This document shows, in pieces, positions 1 through 10,098 of a stretch of DNA of 64,000 bases. The DNA lies in the NCBI GenBank assembly GCA_963796965.1, contig CAWCNS010000016.1:32001-96000 (forward strand), written 5' to 3'. Source of the stretch: Calditrichia bacterium (GTDB taxonomy: Bacteria; Calditrichota; Calditrichia; JAJRVZ01). Under the pieces are notes generated by a model. The model was given only the letters and a program-made list of their open reading frames with translations. It searched no databases and had not been told where the DNA came from. The position numbers and the translations under genes were made by a program. Each line of letters begins with the position of its first letter. Within the stretch, counting starts at the first letter, position 1.

Positions 1-496
1 GATCATTTAGTCCTGGCAGTCGCAGAGGGAAACGAAAATTTATCGGCCAGAGAGGCGATGAGTTATGCCGCCTTAATGTCCGGCATTACATTGGCTAATG
101 CCGGATTGGGTATTGTACATGGTCTGGCATCTCCCATGGGAGGCTTCTCGGATATCGCTCACGGCGTGGCGTGTGGTACACTCGTAGGCATTGCTACCAA
201 AATTAATATTGATAGATTACGAGAAGAAGGCGAATCAGGAGAAGAATATTTAAAAAAATATGCAGCAATCGGGCGGTTGTTCTCCAATGATAAGTGTGAT
301 GACCTTAATGAATGCTGTGATTTTCTGGTTGATAAAATTGAGTCGTGGGTCGATACACTTGGAAATACCGCGTTTAAATAAGTATGGATATGATAACGCT
401 TTAATTGAAAAAATCATTGAGGGAACGGGGAATAAAAATAATCCGGTTCATCTATCAAAGTCAGATATGAGACATATTTTGGAGGAACGGATTTGA
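1..496 (+). CDS. Iron-containing alcohol dehydrogenase, 3' part (truncated by window; frameshift near 361)
   Basis: ANAGLGIVHGLASPMGG and HGVACG motifs of Fe-ADH; ORF 58-381 continues in ORF 260-496 (LEIPRL..NNPVHL) if one G is removed at ~361. Confidence 0.85.
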
Positions 497-867
497 AACT
501 TTTGTGAAGCGTGAAGCGTGAAGCGTGGAGAGTAGAGCGCAGAGAGAAGAGAGAAAAGGGAAAAGTGAGAGAGTCGTGTCGGGTGGTCCGTGACAAAAAA
601 GATAGTGAAATTTGCCGTCAAATATGGTCCTTAGAGTAGGGCGACACAAATGTCCGCCCTGAAAAAATTATTACATTTTTGAATATTCAATGTTCAACGG
701 ACGTGAAATGTCAATCGTATACCATCGTGATAGTAGGGGCAGATCCTTATCAGCAAAATAATAAAAGATATTCGTAAAATTCGATCAAATTAGTGTAATT
801 ATAGATAAAATAATTGCTGAAATCAGGTCAATCCGTGTCATCCGCGTTCTATAAAACAGGAAAAATT

Positions 868-2547
868 ATGACTATTTCAAACAAATTAGTTGCTGGTGTC
901 GATTATGGCACCGATTCCGTACGTGTTGTTATTGTCGATGCAGAAAATGGCAATGAATTGGCCTCGGCTGTGGAGACCTATCCCCGTTGGACAAAAGGGA
1001 AGTATACCTATCCTGCTAATAACCAGTTTCGTCAACATCCTCTGGATTATATTGAAAGTCTTGAAACAGCATTCAAGGCTGCATTGGCTGATGCTCCTGA
1101 AGGAAGCGCCGATAAAATAATTGGAATTTCTTTGGATACAACAGGATCCACCCCCGGGCCAGTCGATAAGCAGGGAACGCCATTGGCGATGACAGCGGGA
1201 TTTGAAGAGAATCCAAATGCCATGTTTGTTCTCTGGAAAGACCATACGGCTGTTAAAGAAGCTGAGGAAATTAATGACAAATCAAAAAACTGGGGTGGTG
1301 AGGATTTTACCAAGTTTGAAGGGGGTATCTATTCCTCAGAATGGTTTTGGTCAAAAATTCTACATATACTTAGAGTCGATCCTGAAGTCGGCGATGCCGC
1401 CTATTCCTGGGTTGAGCACTGTGATTGGATTCCGGCGCTGCTCACAGGTGAGACAGATCCTTTAACATTAAAAAGGAGCAGAACAGCGGCCGGACACAAA
1501 GCCATGTGGCATGCCTCCTGGAATGGCCTGCCTTCAGAAGAATTTCTTGTGGCTGTCGATCCTCTGCTGAAAGGCCTCCGGGCGAGATTGTATGAAGATA
1601 CATTTACAGGTGATACGCCGGTGGGTACTCTCACCTCAGAATGGGCTGAGCGCCTGGGTCTTTCCACAGATGTGGTTGTCGGTGTTGGGGCATTTGATGC
1701 GCATTATGGCGCTATCGGAGCGGAGATCGAAAAAAATACCCTGGTTAAGGTGATGGGCACTTCAACCTGTGATATGATTGTGACAGAGATGCCTGAAGGC
1801 GGAGAACATCTGGTAAAAGGTATTTGTGGGCAGGTTGACGGTTCAATCTTACCAGGACTTCTTGGAATGGAAGCCGGACAATCCGCTTTTGGCGATGTTT
1901 ATGCCTGGTTTCGTTCCCTGCTGATGTGGCCCATGGAGAAACTATTGGCTTCCTATCCGGCTTTATCGCCTGATTTTAAAGATAATATCATCAATAAAGC
2001 CCATGATGATATAATTCCACTCCTGTCCAAGGAAGCAGAAAAATTACCAATCGATGAGTCGGGTTTAATTGCTCTTGATTGGATGAACGGCCGACGCACA
2101 CCGGATGCCAACCAGAGATTAAAAGGTGCCATTACCGGAATCAATCTCGGTTCAGATCCACCTCGAATATTCCGGGCACTCGTTGAAGCGACAGCCTTTG
2201 GCTCAAAGCGTATCGTGGAACGATTTGAGGAGGAAGGGACTGTAATAAATGGCATTATTGCCATTGGCGGCATTTCTAAAAAATCATCATTTGTCATGCA
2301 GGTCACAGCCGATGTCCTAAACAGGTCCATCAAAGTGGTTAGTTCTGAGCAAACCTGCGCATTGGGTTCTGCTATGGCCGCTGCTACAGCAGCAGGGTTA
2401 TATTCCTCCATTGAAGAGGCTCAAAAAGCCATGGGTAGCGGTTTTGAGTCAACCTACGAGCCCATCCCAGAGAATGCCAAGAAATACCAGGCATTGTATG
2501 AGAAATATGTGAAGTTGGGACAGTTTATCGAGGATGAACTTACATGA
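868..2547 (+). CDS. araB: L-ribulokinase
   Basis: GVDYGTDSVR, QFRQHPLDYIE, LWKDHTA, GGIYSSEWFW, AAGHKAMW, DWMNGRRTP motifs; ATG at 868 after AGGA. Confidence 0.93.
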   Translation: MTISNKLVAGVDYGTDSVRVVIVDAENGNELASAVETYPRWTKGKYTYPANNQFRQHPLDYIESLETAFKAALADAPEGSADKIIGISLDTTGSTPGPVDKQGTPLAMTAGFEENPNAMFVLWKDHTAVKEAEEINDKSKNWGGEDFTKFEGGIYSSEWFWSKILHILRVDPEVGDAAYSWVEHCDWIPALLTGETDPLTLKRSRTAAGHKAMWHASWNGLPSEEFLVAVDPLLKGLRARLYEDTFTGDTPVGTLTSEWAERLGLSTDVVVGVGAFDAHYGAIGAEIEKNTLVKVMGTSTCDMIVTEMPEGGEHLVKGICGQVDGSILPGLLGMEAGQSAFGDVYAWFRSLLMWPMEKLLASYPALSPDFKDNIINKAHDDIIPLLSKEAEKLPIDESGLIALDWMNGRRTPDANQRLKGAITGINLGSDPPRIFRALVEATAFGSKRIVERFEEEGTVINGIIAIGGISKKSSFVMQVTADVLNRSIKVVSSEQTCALGSAMAAATAAGLYSSIEEAQKAMGSGFESTYEPIPENAKKYQALYEKYVKLGQFIEDELT

Positions 2548-2755
2548 TTAATTGATTCCCCTTCTCACGCAAAGGCGCAAAGCCGCTAATAAAAAGATTA
2601 AGGAAATTAAGGTAATTAGGTAATAAGGTAATAAGTAAGGTAATTAGGAATAAGGGATATAATGAGAGATGCTTTCAGGAAGGACCGGTACTCCAACGGG
2701 CCCCGAATCGAATGTCGGAACTAATGCCGGGTAAAATAGAAAGTAATAGTGGAAG

Positions 2756-2856
2756 GTCATTCCGAACTTGTTTCGGAATCTATACTTTCGAATTTATGAG
2801 ACAAATTAGATGCTGAAACAAGCCTGTCCTGGCGACAGACCAGGATTCAGAATGAC
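2756..2856. repeat. GTCATTC...GAATGAC paired-palindrome repeat
   Basis: GTCATTCCGAACTTGTTTCGGAATCT ... AGATGCTGAAACAAG[23-nt insert]TTCAGAATGAC. Confidence 0.65.
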
Positions 2857-3159
2857 CGAATCAATGCCAGTTGTATGTACATGGCCTAATTAAACTTGGC
2901 GCCTTTGCGTCTTTGCGAGAAAAAAGAAATAGACATCCAGATAAAAGCGAGGAGCGAAGAGAGAAGAGCGCAGAGCGGAATGATGATCCACAAATTATAA
3001 TAAATACTTTTGTCATTGTCATTCCTAAGGAATCTTCCTGTGTGTTAATACTGAATTGACAAGAGGGAGGATTCTTGCAGAATAACATTATTAAGAAATA
3101 AACGCTGCGCCCTTTGCGCCGCTGCGTGAAAAAAATATAAATAAACAGGAATGACGTAA

Positions 3160-4650
3160 ATGGAAAATATACCTAAGATAAACCTGGGGTTGATTGCGGT
3201 AAGCCGTGATTGTTTTCCCATAGAGCTTTCAAAAAACCGGCGGATTGCTGTCGGAAAAGCCTGCCAAAAAGCAGAACTAAATGTAACCGAGCTTGAGACA
3301 ATTGTTGAGAATGAAAATGATGTGATCAAAGCATTAAAGGAGATTAGGGAAAAAAACATCAATGCTTTAACGGTTTATCTGGGAAATTTCGGTCCGGAAG
3401 GACCAACAACGCTTCTCATACAAAAATTTGATGGTGCAACCATGCTTGTGGCGGCGGCAGAAGATACAGGGAAGGATCTTATCCATGGTCGTGGTGATGC
3501 TTACTGTGGATTGTTGAGTGCCTCCTACAATCTGGGTTTAAGGCGCCTAAAACCATATATTCCATCCTATCCTGTTGGGGATCCTGATGAGATTGCCGGA
3601 ATGATGGCTGAATTTATCCCCATAGCACAGGTTGTGAATGGCATTCGCCGCTTAAAAATCATCTCTTTTGGTCCCCGTCCTTTTGATTTTTTAACCTGCC
3701 ATGCACCCATTCAACCACTCTATGACCTGGGTGTCGAAATCATGGAGAACAGTGAGCTTGATCTATATGATATTGTACAAGCCGAAGAATCTAATCCGGA
3801 GATAAATACACGTATAGAGGAGATGAGGGATGAGTTGGGGCAGGGTAATACCTATCCGGACCTCTTGGGTAAACTTGCACAATATGAATTGGCGTTGGAA
3901 AAATTTATGAAAGAAAATCTCGGTGCATCGGAACATGCGGCCTTTGCCAATAAATGCTGGCCGGCGTTTCAAAAATATTTTGGGCATGTACCCTGCTTTC
4001 TCAATTCACGATTGGCAGCACGGGGAATTCCTGTAGCCTGTGAGGCGGATATCTATGGTGCCCTCAGTGAATACATGGTCGTTTGTGCAACGGAATTGCC
4101 TCCGGCAATCCTTGATATCAACAACACGGTGCCAAAGGATCTTTATAACGAAAGTAAATCTGAAATTGGTAATTATAAACTAAACGACCTTTGGATGGGA
4201 TTTCATTGTGGTAATACCTCTACAGGATGTATTGTCCAGCCTATAATGCAACATCAGTTGATTATGCACCGTCTCATGGAGCCTGGTGAAGAGCCAAATA
4301 TAACAAGAGGGACTGTGGAAGGTCAGATAAAGGCTGGTCCAATCTCTGTCTTTCGTCTGCAATCTACCTCTGATGCCAAGTTAAGTAGTTATGTTGCGGA
4401 GGGAGAAGTTTTAAATATTAATCCAAAATCATTTGGTTGTATTGGCGTTTTTGCTATTGATGAAATGGGACGTTTTTATCGACATGTGATGATCGAAAAA
4501 AGATTTCCGCATCATACGGCCGTTGGTTTTAAACATAACGGGCATGCCTTATTTGAGGCATGCAAAATGCTTGGCGTTGAAGATGTATACTATAATCTTC
4601 CAGCAACATTGCGTTATCCGTCGGAAAATCCGTTTGGCAATATTAAATAA
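3160..4650 (+). CDS. L-fucose/L-arabinose isomerase-family sugar isomerase
   Basis: GNFGPE, RGDAYCG, CWP, ACEADIYGA, FHCG, FPHHTAV motifs; located between araB and a sugar symporter. Confidence 0.8.
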   Translation: MENIPKINLGLIAVSRDCFPIELSKNRRIAVGKACQKAELNVTELETIVENENDVIKALKEIREKNINALTVYLGNFGPEGPTTLLIQKFDGATMLVAAAEDTGKDLIHGRGDAYCGLLSASYNLGLRRLKPYIPSYPVGDPDEIAGMMAEFIPIAQVVNGIRRLKIISFGPRPFDFLTCHAPIQPLYDLGVEIMENSELDLYDIVQAEESNPEINTRIEEMRDELGQGNTYPDLLGKLAQYELALEKFMKENLGASEHAAFANKCWPAFQKYFGHVPCFLNSRLAARGIPVACEADIYGALSEYMVVCATELPPAILDINNTVPKDLYNESKSEIGNYKLNDLWMGFHCGNTSTGCIVQPIMQHQLIMHRLMEPGEEPNITRGTVEGQIKAGPISVFRLQSTSDAKLSSYVAEGEVLNINPKSFGCIGVFAIDEMGRFYRHVMIEKRFPHHTAVGFKHNGHALFEACKMLGVEDVYYNLPATLRYPSENPFGNIK

Positions 4651-4851
4651 TCAACACAGAATAGTCTCCGAAGGAGTCCTTTGGACAATATTTATTGAGT
4701 GTGAAACGTCAAATGTCAAATGTGAAATGTATTAAAAAAATGGTAATTTTAGGGACATCCGGCTCTGGCCGGACCGTGTCATTAGGTATATATACAATTT
4801 TTGGTAGGGGTGGATCGCGTCGAAGACCCCGTTCTAAGGGGTGTCGGCCCT
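4651..4851 (+). repeat. Modular composite intergenic repeat, copy A
   Basis: TCCGAAGGAGTCCTTTGGACAAT + GTGAAAY/GTCAAAT heptamers + GTAG-REP. Confidence 0.8.
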
Positions 4852-4902
4852 GAGTTCTATTTAATAAATTTTCAACAAACGTTTCAAAAAGGGAGATAGA
4901 AA

Positions 4903-6655
4903 ATGGAATTTCATTGGATCGACTGGGTTGTGATTTGTGGTTACTTCCTGATTATAATGGGATTAGCCTGGTGGGTAATTAAACAAAGACAGGATACATC
5001 TACGGATTATTTTCTTGCCGGGCGCCACCTGGGCTGGTTTATTGTCGGCGCTTCTATATTTGCTTCAAATATTGGATCTGAACATCTGGTCGGATTAGCC
5101 GGTTCCGGGGCCACTGATGGTGTTGCGATGGCACATTATGAATTGCATGCCTGGTGTTTACTGGTTCTTGGCTGGGTGATGGTTCCATTTTATATGCGTT
5201 CCAAGGTATTTACGATGCCGGAGTTCCTGGAAAAACGATTTTCCCCCGCTTCACGAACGGTACTCTCCGTTATTTCTCTCGTTGCCTATGTCCTTACAAA
5301 AATAGCTGTCGGTATTTTTGCCGGTGGTATTGTGTTTAGTGTCTTATTACCAGAAATGAACGTTTTTGGACTGAATAGTTTCTGGATTGGCTCTGTACTG
5401 GTTATTGTTTTAACCGGATTTTATACAATTTTAGGTGGTTTGCGCGCTGTTGCCTACACCGAGGCTTTGCAAACAGTTGTTTTAATATTCGGATCGATTC
5501 TGGTCACAGTGTTTGGATTACAGGCCCTGGGCGGGTGGGGCGAATTACGCGCTATTTTAGGTCCGGAAATGTTTAATCTGTGGAAACCACTGGTTCCCTC
5601 TGGAATAGAAGTCTACCTGGGCGCCAGTAAGAGAGGCTGGTCGAATGGCCTGGTACTTCAACGATAATTACCCCTGGTTGGGAATGTTGTTGTGTGCACC
5701 GATCATTGGATTGTGGTACTGGACTACCGATCAATATATTGTTCAGCGTGCACTCGGGGCACGAAATGAAACAGAAGCCCGCCGCGGATCGATCGCAGCC
5801 GCATTCCTGAAATTATTACCGGTATTTATATTTATCATCCCCGGCATGATCTGCATCGCCTTGGCTAAGAGCGGACAGGTACAAGCGATTCAGCAACAGT
5901 TACTAACTGCTGAGGGCGAGATAATACGGGATAATGCCCAATCGGCATTTCCACTCCTTGTAGCCCATATTTTGCCTGTCGGAATAAGGGGAATTGTTGT
6001 CGCCGGTCTTCTGGCCGCGCTGATGAGTTCTCTTGCCGGTGTATTTAATGCCTCGTCCACCTTGTTTACCATGGATTTTTATTCACGCTTGCGACCGAAT
6101 AGTACGCAACATCAACTGGTTTGGATGGGGCGTGTGGCGACCGCTGTTATGGTACTTATTGGTCTGCTGTGGATACCGGTAATTCAGGGTGGTAAAGGCC
6201 TCTATGATTATCTCCAGGGAGTACAGGCCTATCTGGCACCACCAATTTTTGTTGTGTTTTTTCTTGGTGTTTTTCATAAACGTCTGAACGCTAAGGGGTG
6301 TCTCGCTGCTTTGACTACAGGTTTCATTTTAGGAATTTTCCGATTAGCTGTAGATACACCTGTGAAATTGGTAGATGGTTTTTCATATTCAACAGGTTCA
6401 TTCTTCTGGGTGATAAATAACATATTTTTTCAATATTATAGCCTGGTAATTTTTATTGTCTGTATTATTGTTATGGTGGGTGTCAGTTATATGACAGAAG
6501 CGCCGAACTATGAGAAAATTAGTGGGCTGACTTTTGCGACGACATCCGACAAAGACAAAAAAGAATCACGGGATAGCTGGTCGATTGGGGATATTGTTTC
6601 CTCTGTATTGGTTTTAGTGTTAATCCTGGCGGCTTATTTGTACTTCGCAGGATAG
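4903..6655 (+). CDS. Sodium:solute symporter (SGLT-like sugar transporter), frameshift near 5612
   Basis: DYFLAGR, ASNIGSEHLVGLAG, YWTTDQYIVQRALGA, ALMSSLAGVFN motifs split over ORFs 4903-5667 and 5645-6655. Confidence 0.9.
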
Positions 6656-6798
6656 AAAATTAAACACAAAGTGCTCAAAGCCCCGATATACATGCCAATA
6701 TCATGTAGGCATATCGGGATAAAATCCTCTTTCGAAGGAATCCTTCGGGACAAGATTTCAAAGGCACAAAGTTCACAAGGAAGTAAGCAGATATAATT

Positions 6799-6857
6799 AC
6801 CACCCCCTCTTTCTCCCTCCTTACTAAGGAGGGGGATTATGGGGGAGGTCATTCAGA
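6799..6857 (+). repeat. 59-bp palindromic dispersed repeat, copy 1
   Basis: Matches the reverse complement of 60319-60377 at 55/59 by manual alignment; core CCCTCCTTA-C-TAAGGAGGG. Confidence 0.85.
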
Positions 6858-6971
6858 CCAATTCCTGCTTCTATAAGTTCTTAGAGCTGTCTTAGTGATC
6901 TTTGTGTTTATCTTTATAAAAGTCCGTATTTAGTTTGAGAAAAAAGTAGATTATATAAATCAGGATGAGAA

Positions 6972-8428
6972 ATGAATATAATTAGTAAGGTTGTTTTTAT
7001 GATGATTCCAATTATTGTATCAGCAGATAGCTTAGATATTCATGATTTATATGAAAAGTCATCTGCATATATCATGACACCAGATAATCTTATTGAGATG
7101 CGACATGAAATGGTTGTTGACAGAATGAAAGAAATTCATGATCTTAATAAGGCCATAGAATTAAATGAGGTAGGGCAATCAGCTGAGGGGCGATCAATTA
7201 ATATGTTTACTTTTGGCAGTGGTAAAACAACCCTCCTCCTCTGGTCGCAAATGCATGGTGATGAACCTACTGCTACTGCAGGTTTATTAGCGATATTCAA
7301 CTATATGGCCCTAAACTTTGATACACCATTTGTACAAGAATTACATCGAAATCTTACTATTCACGCCATTGTTATGCTAAACCCTGACGGAGCAGAAAGG
7401 TATCAACGGCGGAATGCCCAGGGGATCGATATTAACCGTGACGCAAATCGACTTGCTTCTCCGGAAGGGCAGATCCTAAAAAAGATGAACGAACAAATAC
7501 AACCTGAATTTGGATTTAACCTCCATGACATGCGTGGCAGGGAAACAGTCGCTGATGTTGATAGTATATTGACGATAGCATTAATGGCGCCGCCATTTAA
7601 TAAAGCAAATGACGATAACCCCTCTAGAATACGTGCAAAAAAACTTGCCGTGCATATAAAAGATGTTCTGGATGAATTTATACCCGGACATGTTGCAAAA
7701 TATAAAGCCGATTACATGCCCCGGGCATTTGGAGACGCTTTCCAGAATTGGGGTGTTAGTACAGTTTTGATCGAATCTGGGTTACCAAATAAAACAGAAC
7801 CACATTATCTGGTTCGCCTGAAGTTTATTACTCTATTATCGGCATTCAGGTCAATCTCAAATGGATCAGTCGATGATGTTGATGCCAAGAGATATGAGCA
7901 GATACCACTTGAGGGACCCGAACAGTATGATTTGTTTATTAAAGAAGCCCGTATTTTCAATGGACGAAGTATCAGCTCCTATACTGCTGACATTGGAATA
8001 ACTATTGATTTTCATTTAGAAGGCGGAAAAGTGGTGGAAGATAGCAATATTGAAGATGTCGGTGATTTATCCCTTACCACAGGTCGGGAGGTTATCGAAG
8101 CTGGCGGTTTAATTGTCATACCGGGTCTTATTGTCAGGAATATGGAAAGAACCTCACCTGAAGAAAATTTAAAAAGAGGAATCACGACGGAAGCTCCCCT
8201 GAAATGCAAGAGATCAAACTATTCCCTAAAGACGGGATTATTCCATTGCGTGATCTTCCTACATATACCCGTGAATCTGCAAAAATCATGCAACTAAAAA
8301 ATGTTGGTCTCATAGATAAAAATATGAAAGCGGATCTTCTCATTTTTGAGTCAAATTCTCAGAATGAGTTAATGCTAAATGACCTTCTTTATGTGATTAA
8401 AAATGGAAAGATCGTCTATAAAAAATAG
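6972..8428 (+). CDS. Secreted M14 zinc carboxypeptidase with amidohydrolase-like beta-sandwich C-terminal segments; frameshift near 8200
   Basis: SQMHGDEPT, NPDGAE, RRNAQGIDINRD, NLHD motifs; ORF 8204-8428 (ADLLIF..VIKNGKIV) continues the protein. Confidence 0.8.
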
Positions 8429-8684
8429 ATCACTACTATATTGACTGTTTTCTAATTATCTACATAATTTTTTAGCCGATTTTTTACCACTAAGTACACA
8501 AAGAAGGCACTAAGATCACAAAGTTTTTTTAGGAAATTTTTCTTTGTGTACTTTGTGCCTTCTTTGTGTACTTTGTGGTAATTCTTTTATTTTTTTTCAA
8601 ATTGACCCCGTAAAGTCTGACGGAGTCAGATTAGTACGGGGTGGTTTTTTATTACATTTCTAATTCACTCAATGGGAGTATGCT

Positions 8685-9914
8685 ATGAAAATTGTTTTTA
8701 CATCAATCATTGTTTTGTTCATGCTGATCCAAATATTGCCAGCTCAGGACCAAAAGAAAGACAAAGCCATATTTAAAGAAAGTAAAAATGAATTTTGGGA
8801 GCTTATTAAGAAGGAAAACAAGGAATTCAGAGAACCAGAAAAGGAATCAAAAAAAGTATTTAAAATGGATTTTTCCGGAATGGATCTTCCCAGCTCTGTT
8901 GATCAGTTTGAGAGTCAATGGCATCAGACACCTATTTCTCAGGGTAATACGGGCTCCTGTTGGTGTTTTTGCGCAACTTCGTTTTTTGAATCTGAAATTA
9001 ATCGTCTTCATGGAAAAAAAATAAAGATCTCAGAAATGTATACCGTGTATTGGGAATTTGTTGAGAAGGCACGTCGCTATGTTCAGAAAAGAGGGAATTC
9101 ATTGTTCGATCATGGTTCAATGGGAAATGCGGTTATTCGTATCTGGAAAAAATATGGCGCTGTGCCAGCGGCGTCATATAGCGGAATGCTTCCCGGGCAG
9201 AAATTTCATGATCATGATCCAATGGTTAAAGAAATACAAGCATATCTTAAATTTATCAAAGAAAATAATATTTGGAATGAATCCGATGTACTTGGTAATG
9301 TAAAATCTATATTAAATTATTATATGGGCGATCCACCTCTAAAGGTGCTTCTGGATAATAGAGAAATGACGCCATTGGAATATTTGAGCGATCATATTAA
9401 ACTTAACCTGGATGACTATGTTGATCTGCTTTCTTTAAAACAAGAACCCTATAATTCTTATGTAAAGAATCCTGTTCCAGACAACTGGTGGCTTAATGAT
9501 CATTATTATAATCTTCCTCTGGATGAATTTACTGCTATCGTTAACCAGGCTTTGTCCAAGGGATATACCGTTATGCTCGGCGGTGATGTTTCTGAGGCGG
9601 GATATGATGCACATACAGAGGTGGGTATGATACCGACTTTTGACATTCCATCAGACTATATTGATGAGGATTCCAGGCAATTCCGGTTTAGTAACAAATC
9701 CACGACAGATGATCATGGTATTCATGCTGTTGGAATGATGAAATTAAATGGTGATTATTGGTATTTGATAAAAGACTCCGGTTCAGGCGCACAAAACGGT
9801 CCAAACAAAGGATATCGGTTTTATCATCAGGATTTTATCAAATTAAAAATATTAGATTTAATGGTACATAAAGATGTAACTGGGGATTTGCCAAATATGA
9901 ATCGTACGAAGTAG
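8685..9914 (+). CDS. C1-family cysteine aminopeptidase (PepC/bleomycin hydrolase-like), secreted
   Basis: Signal peptide; QGNTGSCWCF catalytic motif; TTDDHGIH. Confidence 0.88.
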   Translation: MKIVFTSIIVLFMLIQILPAQDQKKDKAIFKESKNEFWELIKKENKEFREPEKESKKVFKMDFSGMDLPSSVDQFESQWHQTPISQGNTGSCWCFCATSFFESEINRLHGKKIKISEMYTVYWEFVEKARRYVQKRGNSLFDHGSMGNAVIRIWKKYGAVPAASYSGMLPGQKFHDHDPMVKEIQAYLKFIKENNIWNESDVLGNVKSILNYYMGDPPLKVLLDNREMTPLEYLSDHIKLNLDDYVDLLSLKQEPYNSYVKNPVPDNWWLNDHYYNLPLDEFTAIVNQALSKGYTVMLGGDVSEAGYDAHTEVGMIPTFDIPSDYIDEDSRQFRFSNKSTTDDHGIHAVGMMKLNGDYWYLIKDSGSGAQNGPNKGYRFYHQDFIKLKILDLMVHKDVTGDLPNMNRTK

Positions 9915-10098
9915 AGCGTGGAGAGTAGAGAGTTGAGAGTTGAGGGTATCTCCGCCAAATTTGGGTAAAATCATCCATGATTTCGTTGGAAGAGAGAAAA
10001 GAGAAGAGAGAGGAGTGTAGACCTTTTGCAGGTCCGGGGATTTAATAATTAGAAAATTGAATAAGTATTATAAATGAGGGATTATTAAGGAAAACTGA

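Noticed and set aside
886..2411. Antisense and alternative-frame ORFs within araB and other long genes
   Set aside because: Fully overlapped by well-supported genes and lacking recognisable motifs
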